DNA from: Coprococcus sp.
GTDB lineage: Bacteria; Bacillota; Clostridia; Lachnospirales; Lachnospiraceae
Direction: 5' to 3'
Length of the DNA: 64,000 nucleotides
Assembly: GCA_016297495.1 (NCBI GenBank)
Contig: JAEDGN010000002.1
Span: 12,443 to 76,442, forward strand
Below are positions 40,701 to 50,277 of this stretch, in pieces (position 1 is the stretch's first letter; the number at the start of each line of letters is the position of its first letter). The translations under genes were made by a program, and so were the position numbers. The notes beneath the pieces were generated by a model. That model ran no database searches and was not told the DNA's origin. It saw only the letters and a program-made list of their open reading frames with translations.

Positions 40701-40781
40701 ATAACCGTATCTTTTTTCAGACTGTTCAAAAGGGAAATTGGTATGAGTCCGAGGGAGTATAAGAAGATGGTAAATAAATAA
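40701..40781 (+). pseudogene. C-terminal stub of an AraC-type HTH
   Basis: SFFRLFKREIGMSPREYKKMVNK* matches AraC F-x-R-x-FK-x3-G-x-SP-x2-Y signature; no start. Confidence 0.6.
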
Positions 40782-40800
40782 ACCGGAATCTCTTGCAACA

Positions 40801-40847
40801 TATCGAATATCGATATATAATATAATTAGAAATATCGATATTCGATA
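40801..40847. promoter_or_regulatory. PadR operator-like inverted repeat over promoter
   Basis: TATCGAATATCGATAT (40801-40816) and ATATCGATATTCGATA (40832-40847) are exact reverse complements flanking TATAAT. Confidence 0.7.
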
Positions 40848-40865
40848 AAAAGAGAGGGTGATGAT

Positions 40866-41225
40866 ATGCCAAGGGAAAAACTACAGACATTGACGGAGCA
40901 GATGTTTTATGTGCTGTTATGCCTGCGTCAGGAATGCTGCGGAATGGATATCATGGAAGCTGTGCAGCAGATGACCAATGGCAGGATCAGTATAGGACCG
41001 GGAACTCTGTATCATCTGCTGGATCAGTTTCAGGAGGAAGGAATGATTAGGGAGACGAAAACGGAAGGCCGGAGAAAAAGCTATATTATATCAGACAAAG
41101 GACAGCAGCGGCTGGATGAAGCGTATCATAGATTGTGTATGCAGGCGGCAGATTATGAGCGGATGACTGGAGGTGCGTATCATGAAAAAAGAGAGGTACC
41201 GTTGGGAGCCTTATCTCCTGTTTGA
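40866..41225 (+). CDS. PadR family regulator
   Basis: LTEQMFYVLL, GPGTLY, RRKSYII wHTH. Confidence 0.9.
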   Translation: MPREKLQTLTEQMFYVLLCLRQECCGMDIMEAVQQMTNGRISIGPGTLYHLLDQFQEEGMIRETKTEGRRKSYIISDKGQQRLDEAYHRLCMQAADYERMTGGAYHEKREVPLGALSPV

Positions 41226-42027
41226 TTATGCGGGAGTGGAGAAGCATCTGTCAGCCATGGCGGCAAAGGGATGGCAACTTGAAAGCATTGGAGATTGTCT
41301 GTGGAAATATCGAAAGGAAGATCCGGCAGAGGTGCGCTATGAGGTGACCTATATAGAGAATGCCGCAGATGAGAATGAGATGCTGATTCGTGAACAGATA
41401 GCATTGATCGAAATGTGCGCCTCCAGTGGGTGGCAGTGGGTTACGGACTGGGAGCAGATGCAGATTTTCTGTTCGAAGAGTGGACATCTCCTGCCTATTG
41501 AAACAGATGAAACGGTTCGGCTGGCGGTCATCAGCCGTTCTATGGAGAGGTCTTTTGTACCGAAGCAGATGGTATTTATCCTGTTCATATTATACACTGC
41601 TATTCTATTGCGGTGTTTTTGGGAGGGCGGAGGTTTTGAAGGATTCAGTGCGGCCATGGGAGGCTGTTTTTTGTTTTGTATACTGGGAACCGGATTAATG
41701 ACTGTTTCATGCCTGACGAATCTGGGTGGTTACTTGCTATGGAAAAAACTATCTGCTTTTTCTGTCAGTCATGGCGGCAAATGTGCGGAAAACAAGGTTT
41801 ACCATATATATCCCCGTATATTGAATGTGGCAGGATTTTTATTTTTATTCATTTCTCTGGTGCTATTGTTTGCGGACAGTTATATGAAGAATCTGTTCCA
41901 TGTCGGTAATATCCTTATAGGGCTTCTATACATTGCCGGTATTATCGGAGGATGGCTGAGACGATGTAAAATACGGAAAAAGCGTCATGAGGATTATGTG
42001 AAACTTTATGTAAGTAGACAGACATAG
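41182..42027 (+). CDS. DUF2812-type membrane protein
   Basis: EKHLSAMAAKGWQL, SGWQWV, PIETD followed by TM helices; usual PadR partner; ATG 41182 after GGAGG. Confidence 0.75.
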   Translation: MKKERYRWEPYLLFDYAGVEKHLSAMAAKGWQLESIGDCLWKYRKEDPAEVRYEVTYIENAADENEMLIREQIALIEMCASSGWQWVTDWEQMQIFCSKSGHLLPIETDETVRLAVISRSMERSFVPKQMVFILFILYTAILLRCFWEGGGFEGFSAAMGGCFLFCILGTGLMTVSCLTNLGGYLLWKKLSAFSVSHGGKCAENKVYHIYPRILNVAGFLFLFISLVLLFADSYMKNLFHVGNILIGLLYIAGIIGGWLRRCKIRKKRHEDYVKLYVSRQT

Positions 42028-42109
42028 ACAAAAAGGCAATACAGAAACTGAAAGATGTTTTCTGCATTGCCTTTTTATGGTAAATAGTTAATTTAAAAAA
42101 ATCAAAAAA

Positions 42110-42152
42110 ATAGCACTCACCTATTGACAGTGCTAACAATAAGTGTTATATT
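42110..42152 (+). promoter_or_regulatory. CIRCE (HrcA operator) overlapping sigma-A promoter of hsp20 locus
   Basis: ATAGCACTC-N9-CAGTGCTAA (42110-42136); TTGACA 42124-42129, 17-nt spacer, TGnTATATT. Confidence 0.88.
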
Positions 42153-42277
42153 ACATATAGAACAAAGGAAGGGAAGCAAAAGGAAGATGAAAAGATAAAC
42201 TTCTGAGTTCCCCGTAACCTCAGTTCCAAAAACATGGTAACCGACATAATTGTAATATTGAAAAGGAGCGATGATTT

Positions 42278-42697
42278 ATGTTAATGCCTAGTATTTTTGG
42301 AGAAAGCTTATTGGATGACTTTTTTGATGATTCTTTCAGACGATTCAATTCAGGAGAACTGATGAGAACGGATATTAAGGAAACAGATTAGGGATACGAA
42401 CTGACCATGAACATGCCGGGTGTCCGTAAGGAAGATGTGAAGGCTGAACTGAAGGATGGTTATCTGACCATAGGTGCCAGTGTCAATAAGAATAATGACC
42501 AGAAGGATCAGGAAGGCCGTTATATCAGACGTGAACGCTACAGCGGTTCCTGCAGCAGAAGCTTCTATGTTGGAGAGGATGTCAAGCAGGAAGATATTAA
42601 GGCTAGATTTGAAGACGGCACATTGAAGCTGGCTGTTCCGAAGAAGGAAGCGAAGCCGGCTGTAGAAGAGAAGAAGTATATTTCCATCGAAGGTTAA
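42278..42697 (+). pseudogene. Hsp20/alpha-crystallin gene with in-frame TAG at codon 38 (42389-42391)
   Basis: MLMPSIFGESLLDDFF...MRTDIKETD*GYELTMNMPG...YIRRERYSGSCSRSF; single amber stop, frame otherwise intact. Confidence 0.85.
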
Positions 42698-42894
42698 GGC
42701 AGGCGGCCGGCCTGCCTGGCCGGCTGAAGCCGATTATTAATAATACCAGATAAGAAAACATAATATTTGAAAATAAGCGCGGCGGCCTGAGGCCAAAGCG
42801 CATAACATAGATACCCTGTATGGACAGGGATATAGAGAGATAGAGAATATTTTTATATAAGTGGTTGTAACACCATAGTAAAGGAGCGATTCAT

Positions 42895-43356
42895 ATGTTA
42901 AGAAACAGTTTATTCGGTGAAGATTTATTTGATGAATTTTTTAATGATTTTCCGTTTTACGGCAATAGAGATGCGAAGAAGGTTCAGAAACAGGTGTATG
43001 GTCACAGAGCGAATGATATGATGAAGACTGACATCAGAGAGAAGAATGATGCGTATGTCCTTGAGATCGATCTGCCGGGATTCAAGAAGGATCAGATTAA
43101 GGTTGCCCTTGAGAACGGATATCTGACAGTCAGTGCTGCCAGAGGACTGGACAAGGATGAACAGAATAAGGAAGATGGCCGTTATATCAGGCGTGAACGT
43201 TATGCAGGTGCCTGTGAGAGGACCTTCTATATCGGGGATACCATCAGACAGGAGGATATCAGGGCAGAATTTGCTCATGGTATTCTTACATTAACTGTTC
43301 CAAAGAAGAGCGCAAAAGCTGTTGAAGAGAATAAGTACATTTCCATTGAGGGATAA
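42895..43356 (+). CDS. Hsp20/alpha-crystallin small heat-shock protein
   Basis: MKTDIRE, DLPGFKK, YIRRERY, GILTLTVPK, KYISIEG. Confidence 0.93.
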   Translation: MLRNSLFGEDLFDEFFNDFPFYGNRDAKKVQKQVYGHRANDMMKTDIREKNDAYVLEIDLPGFKKDQIKVALENGYLTVSAARGLDKDEQNKEDGRYIRRERYAGACERTFYIGDTIRQEDIRAEFAHGILTLTVPKKSAKAVEENKYISIEG

Positions 43357-43395
43357 TTGAGTGTGGTTAGGTAAGATAATATGGTAAAATACAAT

Positions 43396-43435
43396 ACGCT
43401 GCAGAATCTGTAATGACAGATTCTGCAGCGTTTTT
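43396..43435 (+). terminator. Intrinsic terminator after hsp20
   Basis: ACGCTGCAGAATCTGT-aatg-ACAGATTCTGCAGCGT-TTTT. Confidence 0.85.
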
Positions 43436-43583
43436 GATAATATGTTTATTCCTGTTTTGGTTTCTGGATGATACGTTGTATGCGGACATTTGTGTACGGA
43501 TTGAATGTTGTGTCAATTGATGACACTTTTCTTATATGATAAAATTAATTTATCATATAAATCTCAAAGACAGGAGGGGTTTG

Positions 43584-44162
43584 ATGGAGACAAGAGAGGC
43601 TATTTTGACAAGAAGAAGTATACGTTTATATCAGGACAGAGCAATCAGTGAGGAGGATCTGAAAGAAATACTGGATGCCGGCACCTATGCACCTTCCGCC
43701 GTTAATCTGCAGCCGTGGTATTTTGTGGCGATACAGGATAAAGGGGAGATGGAGAAACTTTATCAGATCATGGGAGATGTTTCGACAAAAATCGAGCCTG
43801 AACTGAGAGAAAGATTTGCACGTAATCCGGAGGTAGTGAGCGAGACAACCGGTTTTATTAGAAAACTGGGTGGCGCACCGGTATGTATATTGGCTTTTCA
43901 GCTGAAACCGGATTATGGAAAACGGCCGGAAACCATTATTCAGAGTGTAGCTGCAGCGATCGAGAATATGCTTCTGGCTGCAACAGATAAAGGTATTGGA
44001 AGCTGTTGGCTGACAGCCCCGCTGGAAGTTGATGCCTCTGAAATATTGCGGGAAACCTTTGCACCGGAGTGTGGTAATCTGTTGGCTGTGATTACATTGG
44101 GTTATCCGGCACAGAATCCGAAGACACCGCCGAGAAAGAACGGACGATATATTATTAAGTAG
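43584..44162 (+). CDS. Nitroreductase family protein
   Basis: RRSIR, APSAVNLQPW, ENMLLAA...GIGSCW, LGYP; ATG 43584 after AGGAGG. Confidence 0.92.
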   Translation: METREAILTRRSIRLYQDRAISEEDLKEILDAGTYAPSAVNLQPWYFVAIQDKGEMEKLYQIMGDVSTKIEPELRERFARNPEVVSETTGFIRKLGGAPVCILAFQLKPDYGKRPETIIQSVAAAIENMLLAATDKGIGSCWLTAPLEVDASEILRETFAPECGNLLAVITLGYPAQNPKTPPRKNGRYIIK

Positions 44163-44212
44163 AAGGAATATAATGACAGCTATATCTGATATAGTATTTT
44201 ATAGTAAGAAAA

Positions 44213-44238
44213 GGGGCTGTCAGTTTGCTGACAGCCCC
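44213..44238. terminator. Bidirectional terminator hairpin
   Basis: GGGGCTGTCAG-tttg-CTGACAGCCCC. Confidence 0.75.
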
Positions 44239-44244
44239 AGTCGT

Positions 44245-44655
44245 TTAGATAGTGAACTGGACAAGGTTCATGTTTTCATCATAGGCAACGGTATACTGAA
44301 TGTCGCCATTCTCATGTTTGCAGATGACAACGGCAACGGCATAATTGGTGCCATTCTGTTCCTGACCAATGATGGCGATTTTCCCGAATTCTTTAAATGC
44401 CCCCTTTTCATTTAGTGTACCCAGATAAGCTGTGTAGGCATCTTCGGTGACGGCTGACTGGTATTCCGGTGCAAAGCGGGCCTGCCATCCTTCAAAATCA
44501 TTGGATTCGGCCAGTGTAATATCGGCCAGAGCCTGCTGTTTCACCGTTTCCTCATCAAATGTATCCGCCAGCTTGTTTTTGCTGCATCCGGCCAGCAGAC
44601 CGGTCAAAAGGATGAGTGTCAATAGAGATGTTAATAATCGGATTGTTCTTTTCAT
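44245..44655 (-). CDS. Lipoprotein (DUF3887-like)
   Basis: Signal peptide with LAGC lipobox; LADTFDEETV, GAFKEF. Confidence 0.7.
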   Translation of the reverse strand: MKRTIRLLTSLLTLILLTGLLAGCSKNKLADTFDEETVKQQALADITLAESNDFEGWQARFAPEYQSAVTEDAYTAYLGTLNEKGAFKEFGKIAIIGQEQNGTNYAVAVVICKHENGDIQYTVAYDENMNLVQFTI

Positions 44656-44673
44656 GATTCATTACCTCCCATA

Positions 44674-45324
44674 TTAAATTTTTTTTTTGCTTTTTACGAC
44701 AAAAATCATGAATAAGATGCCTTCTATTGTGATTAAACCTTCCACGATCCAGATGTTTCCTATAATAAGAAGAAAATCTATAATGGTGTGAAGGGCGATG
44801 GCCAGTGCCAGATAATGTTTCCTGCCGGTTTTTATGCTATAGAGGACGATCATACTGAGACCGATCTGTACCATCATGCTGAAAATACGTTCCCAGGCTC
44901 CCAGAACAGCATCAGAGCCGAGCTGTCCCTGACACAGGGAAGGAAGCACGTAGACGACGAAGATCCATGCGGCCTCAATGCCGCCATGACCGATGCCGTA
45001 GGCAACACCGTCTATCCATGCAGTATGTTTTTTTCGAAAGATTTTCAGGCCTATATAGCGGGCAGATTCTTCGAAAAGACCGGCTGTAAAACCCATCACC
45101 AGATAATACAGGATGAGACTTGTGTAGGGCAGCAGTGCGAACCATGTACTGTGCTGACCTATGAGCCTTAGCAGCGGTATACGGATCAGTGGCTGCGAGA
45201 TCAGGAAGCATAATGCACCTGTTATAAATGTTGTAAAGGTTCCGTCATGTCTGTGCAGAAAGTAAATGGCAGCTGCGACGGGAATGCCGGCACAGACGGC
45301 AACGGAGATGATGGATGGCAGCAT
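44674..45324 (-). CDS. YhfC family intramembrane (glutamic) protease
   Basis: AGLFEESAR, GIGHGGIEA, ER, LH motifs in TM protein. Confidence 0.82.
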   Translation of the reverse strand: MLPSIISVAVCAGIPVAAAIYFLHRHDGTFTTFITGALCFLISQPLIRIPLLRLIGQHSTWFALLPYTSLILYYLVMGFTAGLFEESARYIGLKIFRKKHTAWIDGVAYGIGHGGIEAAWIFVVYVLPSLCQGQLGSDAVLGAWERIFSMMVQIGLSMIVLYSIKTGRKHYLALAIALHTIIDFLLIIGNIWIVEGLITIEGILFMIFVVKSKKKI

Positions 45325-45328
45325 AGGT

Positions 45329-46648
45329 TCACTCCTTTCCGGGGATAATTAAATTGATACAATATTCTTTTTCTGTTTCGCTTTGCTCAAGGCTGCCGTG
45401 ATATTTGCTGAGGGCCTGACGGACATTAACAAGACCAAGGCCCATATGAGAGCCTTCTTTTTGTTTGCGGGCCCTGTCCTCTGTCGGGTCAGAGCGTTTT
45501 TCTTGTGCAGAAGCTCTGGCATTACGGATCTGAATCACCCTGAAATCCTGAACGGTGTCGATTTTTATCTGCAGCCAGCCATTATCGACGGAATTAGCCG
45601 ATTCAATGGCATTATCCAGCAGGTTGGCAAAGATAGTGGTGATATCCATATCCTCCAGATCGTCAAAATTCGCATCTCCGATTTCTGCCGTAACTTTAAT
45701 GCCATCGGCCTGAGCCTGTGAGAGCTTTTCGTTGAGGATAATATTGAGCATATGATTGGAACTGTAATATTTTTCTCCCATCACATTAATCATATGGTAG
45801 AGATTTTTCACATAATGATCGCCGGCCTGCCGGTCCTTGTCTTCGTAAAGCTGTTCAACGGCCTGAAGATGATTTTTCATATCATGGAGAATCTTCCTTG
45901 ATTCACGGTATTTGCGTTCCAGTTCCTCATAGTGGCGGTACTGCAGCTCATTCTGAATGTCTGCCATTTTTTTCTCCTGTTCCAGTTTGTTGACCCGGAA
46001 GAGATACCGGAATAAATATAAAAAATAAATGTTCAGCAGCAATAATGCGATAATATTGCCGGCCATCAGCCAGAGACCGTGGAGCTGGACATACACCATA
46101 CACATCTGGGTCATTGAGTAGAGAAAAAACACTGAAAATACAGGCAGTACCAGTACGGTCACGGTCTGACGAAAGGTCAGAGTACCTTCGCTGTGGGCTT
46201 TTTTCCAGGTGATCATGGCAATGGCCAGGGGAATCATGATGAGCAGCTTAAGTATCATTGCCGCACTTCCGACACAGGCCATATTCGGGAAAACGGACAG
46301 GTCCGTATAGTGCAGGATGATATTAAAAATAAAAATTCCGCATTCCATTCCGAGAATCAGTACCACTGAAAATAAAATATCCAGTATGAGCGGCAATGGT
46401 TTCCTGTGAAAAAGCAGAAAACCGAGGATGGCCGTTATGATGATCTGCAGGAGAACAGTCAGCCAGTTTTCAGGGAGGAAAACAGCGCCGATATAGTAGC
46501 ACACAGAGACTGCAGCAAAGGCAACTGCATAGTACCATTTCGGCAGATAAACGGTTCGGCTGTTGACTTTCATGAAGTAAAATGTGGCTGTCCATATAAA
46601 AAGCATTTCAAATATGGAAAGCAGTAAATTGCTGATGGCCCAGAACAT
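45329..46648 (-). CDS. GHKL sensor histidine kinase (AgrC-like)
   Basis: Multi-TM N-terminus, HDMKNHL, FANLLDNAIE, GLGLVNV. Confidence 0.9.
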   Translation of the reverse strand: MFWAISNLLLSIFEMLFIWTATFYFMKVNSRTVYLPKWYYAVAFAAVSVCYYIGAVFLPENWLTVLLQIIITAILGFLLFHRKPLPLILDILFSVVLILGMECGIFIFNIILHYTDLSVFPNMACVGSAAMILKLLIMIPLAIAMITWKKAHSEGTLTFRQTVTVLVLPVFSVFFLYSMTQMCMVYVQLHGLWLMAGNIIALLLLNIYFLYLFRYLFRVNKLEQEKKMADIQNELQYRHYEELERKYRESRKILHDMKNHLQAVEQLYEDKDRQAGDHYVKNLYHMINVMGEKYYSSNHMLNIILNEKLSQAQADGIKVTAEIGDANFDDLEDMDITTIFANLLDNAIESANSVDNGWLQIKIDTVQDFRVIQIRNARASAQEKRSDPTEDRARKQKEGSHMGLGLVNVRQALSKYHGSLEQSETEKEYCINLIIPGKE

Positions 46649-46662
46649 GATCCACCTCGTTT

Positions 46663-47361
46663 CTATAATTGGGATGACAGATAGCTTGCCAGCCTTTTCC
46701 TGAAATCAGCAGATTTCTTTTGAGAAAGTGGAATAACGCTGCCTTCGGTCATCAGGATATCGTATCCTTTCAGATTTTTTATATGATACAGATTGACAAT
46801 AAAGCTTTTATGGGGCATCAGAAAATCCCAGGGCTCCATACGCCGGGCCATATGGTGAATGCTGTCCTGTATCCAGAAATCACCTTCGGCAGTCACCATT
46901 TTAAGTCTCCGGTTCTGATATTCAAAATAATAAATATCCCGGGTACTGATGTCTTGCAGTCCGTTTGAGGTCTGAAAGCAGACAGAAGGGATTGCTTCAG
47001 GTGTTTCGGTATATGCCAGTGCTTCCCGGAGGATGGACTGGATTTTTTCTTTATCGACAGGCTTTACCAGATAGGCAAATGCATGAACGGCAAATGCGTA
47101 ATCCTTAAAATCGTCATAGGCCGTCACATAGATGATCTTGGCCTTACGATCCCTCTGCCGGAGTAATCGGGCTGTATCAATGCCGGATATACCTTTCATA
47201 TCGATATCCAGGAAGATAAAGTCATAGCTTTCACCGGAGGCCAGAAGATCTTCGCCGCTGCTGTAAAGGCTGATTTGGAAAAGTTTTTCAAAATCCTTCA
47301 GATATTCCTGCATCTTTGAAAGCATCTGCCTGTCATCGTCACAAACTGCAATTTTCAACAT
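46663..47361 (-). CDS. LytTR family response regulator
   Basis: IAVCDDD, FLDIDM, YLVKP, HKSFIVNL; ATG 47361 after AAAGGAG. Confidence 0.92.
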   Translation of the reverse strand: MLKIAVCDDDRQMLSKMQEYLKDFEKLFQISLYSSGEDLLASGESYDFIFLDIDMKGISGIDTARLLRQRDRKAKIIYVTAYDDFKDYAFAVHAFAYLVKPVDKEKIQSILREALAYTETPEAIPSVCFQTSNGLQDISTRDIYYFEYQNRRLKMVTAEGDFWIQDSIHHMARRMEPWDFLMPHKSFIVNLYHIKNLKGYDILMTEGSVIPLSQKKSADFRKRLASYLSSQL

Positions 47362-47483
47362 GTTGAGAACTCCTTTTGTTTGGATGAGTCTAGTATAAAT
47401 CAAGAAAAGAAGGGGTGCAAGGGCTGAGGAATAAGAGACAGAATATCTGCATAAAGGACAGAATAAAATAAATTTTATATTAA

Positions 47484-47526
47484 TTAGCACTCAACTCTTG
47501 ACACTGCTAATAAATGGTGTTATATT
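47484..47526 (+). promoter_or_regulatory. CIRCE overlapping sigma-A promoter of clpB
   Basis: TTAGCACTC-N9-CACTGCTAA (47484-47510); TTGACA 47498-47503, 17-nt spacer, TGnTATATT 47521-47526. Confidence 0.88.
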
Positions 47527-47581
47527 ACGTGTAGAACAAATAGACCATTTAAGTTTCATTGTTTCCGAAGGAGGCATGATT

Positions 47582-50176
47582 ATGGATTTGAATAAATTTA
47601 CACAGAAGTCCGTACAGGCTGTGCAGGATTGTCAGAAGCTGGCTTATGAGTACGGCAATCAGAAGCTGGAGCAGGAACATCTGCTTCTGAGCCTTTTGAC
47701 TCAGGAGGACAGTTTGATCGACAGACTGCTTGCGAAGATGGAGATCAATCACGAAGGTTTCAAGGTGCAGGCACAGAAGCTGGTTGAGAAGCTGGTGAAG
47801 GTATCCGGCGGACAGGTTTATCTGGGGGACGGCCTGAACCGTACACTGATTCAGGCAGAGCAGGAAGCGAAGCAGATGGATGATGAGTATGTATCTGTGG
47901 AGCATCTGTTCCTGGCGCTGATTCAGACAGCGGATAATGATATTCGTACACTTCTGAAGAATTTCGAGGTGACAAGGGAGGGCTTCCTAAAGGTACTGTC
48001 CACTGTCAGAGGCAATCAGCGTGTGACCAGTGACAATCCGGAAGCTACTTATGACAGCCTGAGCAAGTATGCGGAGGATCTGGTAGGGAAGGCCAGAGAT
48101 CAGAAGCTGGATCCGGTTATCGGCCGTGATTCGGAGATTCGTAATATCATCCGTATCCTTTCCCGTAAGACGAAGAATAATCCGGTACTGATCGGTGAAC
48201 CTGGTGTCGGCAAGACGGCAGTTATCGAAGGCCTGGCCCAGCGTATCGTCAAGGGCGATGTGCCGGATGGACTGAAGGACAAGAAGATATATTCCCTTGA
48301 TATGGGTGCCCTTGTAGCCGGAGCCAAGTACAGAGGTGAATTCGAGGAACGTCTGAAGGCCGTGCTTTCAGAGGTGAAGAAGAGCGAAGGCGAGATCATA
48401 CTGTTCATCGATGAGCTGCATCTGATCGTAGGCGCCGGCAAGACAGATGGTGCCATGGATGCGGGCAATATGCTGAAACCGATGCTGGCCAGAGGTGAGC
48501 TGCACTGTATCGGTGCCACCACACTGGATGAATACAGACAGTATATCGAGAAGGATAAGGCGCTTGAGCGTCGTTTCCAGCCGGTTATGGTGGATGAACC
48601 AACTGTTGAGGATACCATTGCCATACTTCGTGGTCTGAAGGAGAGATATGAGGTTTTCCATGGTGTCAAGATTACAGACGGCGCGCTGGTGGCAGCGGCT
48701 ACCCTTTCTCACAGGTACATTTCTGATCGATTTCTTCCTGATAAGGCCATCGACCTGGTGGATGAGGCCTGTGCCATGATCAAGACGGAGCTGGATTCCA
48801 TGCCGACAGAGCTGGATGAGATCTCACGTAAGATCATGCAGCTGGAGATTGAGGAAGCAGCACTGAAGAAGGAAGATGACAAGCTGAGTCTTGAACGTCT
48901 GGAGAATATTACCCATGAGATTGCCGAGCTGAAGGAGGAATTCAAGCTTCAGAAGGCAAAGTGGGACGATGAGAAGAAGGATGTGGAGAAGGTTCAGAAC
49001 CTGCGTCAGCAGATCGAAGATATGAATCAGCAGATCGAGCTGGCTCAACGCAATTATGATCTGAATAAAGCGGCAGAGCTGCAGTACGGCAAGCTGCCTC
49101 AGCTGAAGAAGCAGCTGGAGGAAGAAGAAGCACGTATCCACGGTCAGGAGAATTCCCTGCTTCGTGAACGTGTTACAGAGGAAGAGATTTCAAGGATCGT
49201 ATCCCGCTGGACCGGTATTCCGGTTGCCAAGCTGACGGAGAGTGAGAGGAATAAGATCCTTCATCTGGACGAACAGCTGCATCAGCGTGTCATCGGTCAG
49301 GAGGAAGGTGTCTCCAAGGTGACGGAGGCGATTATTCGTTCCAAAGCCGGTATTCAGGATGAGGACCGTCCGATCGGTTCCTTTATGTTCCTGGGACCTA
49401 CCGGTGTCGGCAAGACAGAGCTGGCCAAGGCACTGGCAGAGAATCTGTTTGATGATGAGAATAATATGGTGCGTATCGATATGAGTGAGTACATGGAGAA
49501 GTTCTCCGTGTCCCGACTGATCGGAGCGCCTCCTGGATATGTGGGGTATGAGGAAGGTGGTCAGCTGACAGAAGCTGTCAGAAGAAAACCGTATTCCGTT
49601 ATCCTTTTTGATGAGATAGAGAAGGCCCATCCGGATGTGTTCAATGTTCTTCTGCAGATTCTGGACGATGGACGTGTCACGGATTCTCAGGGCAGAACCG
49701 TCGATTTCAAGAATACCATTCTGATCATGACTTCGAATATCGGTTCCTCCTATCTGCTGGATGGTATTGATTCCGAGGGTAATATCAGCGAGGAAGCCAG
49801 ACAGAACACCATGGGCGATCTGAAGGCACATTTCAGACCGGAGTTCCTGAACCGTCTGGATGAGATCATCATGTTCAAACCATTGACCAGAGAGAATATC
49901 AGCGGTATCATCGATATTCTCATGAGCCGTCTGAATAAGCGTCTGGAAGACAAGGAACTGACGCTGGAACTGACAGATGCGGCCAAAGATTATATCACCG
50001 AGAACGGGTATGATCCGATCTATGGCGCCCGTCCGCTGAAGCGATATATTCAGAAGAATGTGGAGACCATGGTAGCCCGTATGATCCTCGGCAATGAGTT
50101 GGAGCCGGGGGACTGCATCCATGTGGATGCCGATGCCAACGGCCTCACCTCTTATACAGAACGTATTGAGAATTAA
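47582..50176 (+). CDS. clpB: ATP-dependent chaperone ClpB
   Basis: Two AAA modules ([16 protein letters not shown]), long coiled-coil M domain with AAELQYG; start ATG 47582 or 47576. Confidence 0.96.
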   Translation: MDLNKFTQKSVQAVQDCQKLAYEYGNQKLEQEHLLLSLLTQEDSLIDRLLAKMEINHEGFKVQAQKLVEKLVKVSGGQVYLGDGLNRTLIQAEQEAKQMDDEYVSVEHLFLALIQTADNDIRTLLKNFEVTREGFLKVLSTVRGNQRVTSDNPEATYDSLSKYAEDLVGKARDQKLDPVIGRDSEIRNIIRILSRKTKNNPVLIGEPGVGKTAVIEGLAQRIVKGDVPDGLKDKKIYSLDMGALVAGAKYRGEFEERLKAVLSEVKKSEGEIILFIDELHLIVGAGKTDGAMDAGNMLKPMLARGELHCIGATTLDEYRQYIEKDKALERRFQPVMVDEPTVEDTIAILRGLKERYEVFHGVKITDGALVAAATLSHRYISDRFLPDKAIDLVDEACAMIKTELDSMPTELDEISRKIMQLEIEEAALKKEDDKLSLERLENITHEIAELKEEFKLQKAKWDDEKKDVEKVQNLRQQIEDMNQQIELAQRNYDLNKAAELQYGKLPQLKKQLEEEEARIHGQENSLLRERVTEEEISRIVSRWTGIPVAKLTESERNKILHLDEQLHQRVIGQEEGVSKVTEAIIRSKAGIQDEDRPIGSFMFLGPTGVGKTELAKALAENLFDDENNMVRIDMSEYMEKFSVSRLIGAPPGYVGYEEGGQLTEAVRRKPYSVILFDEIEKAHPDVFNVLLQILDDGRVTDSQGRTVDFKNTILIMTSNIGSSYLLDGIDSEGNISEEARQNTMGDLKAHFRPEFLNRLDEIIMFKPLTRENISGIIDILMSRLNKRLEDKELTLELTDAAKDYITENGYDPIYGARPLKRYIQKNVETMVARMILGNELEPGDCIHVDADANGLTSYTERIEN

Positions 50177-50198
50177 ATGGCGGCCAGGCAGCAGGGGC

Positions 50199-50276
50199 CA
50201 GGGACAGGGGACGGTTCTGTGTCCCAAAATTATGTGGGACACAGAACCGTCCCCTGTCCCTGCCGTCCCCTGTCTC
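50199..50276. repeat. REP-like perfect 28-bp inverted repeat plus partial third copy
   Basis: CAGGGACAGGGGACGGTTCTGTGTCCCA-aaattatg-TGGGACACAGAACCGTCCCCTGTCCCTG followed by CCGTCCCCTGTCTC. Confidence 0.8.
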
Positions 50277-50277
50277 A

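Noticed and set aside
47498..47581. Extended N-termini given by the ORF track (clpB, ygfK, gap, araC, lysR and others)
   Set aside because: Upstream TTG/GTG/ATG starts overlap promoters and lack an RBS; downstream ATGs with Shine-Dalgarno sequences were used.
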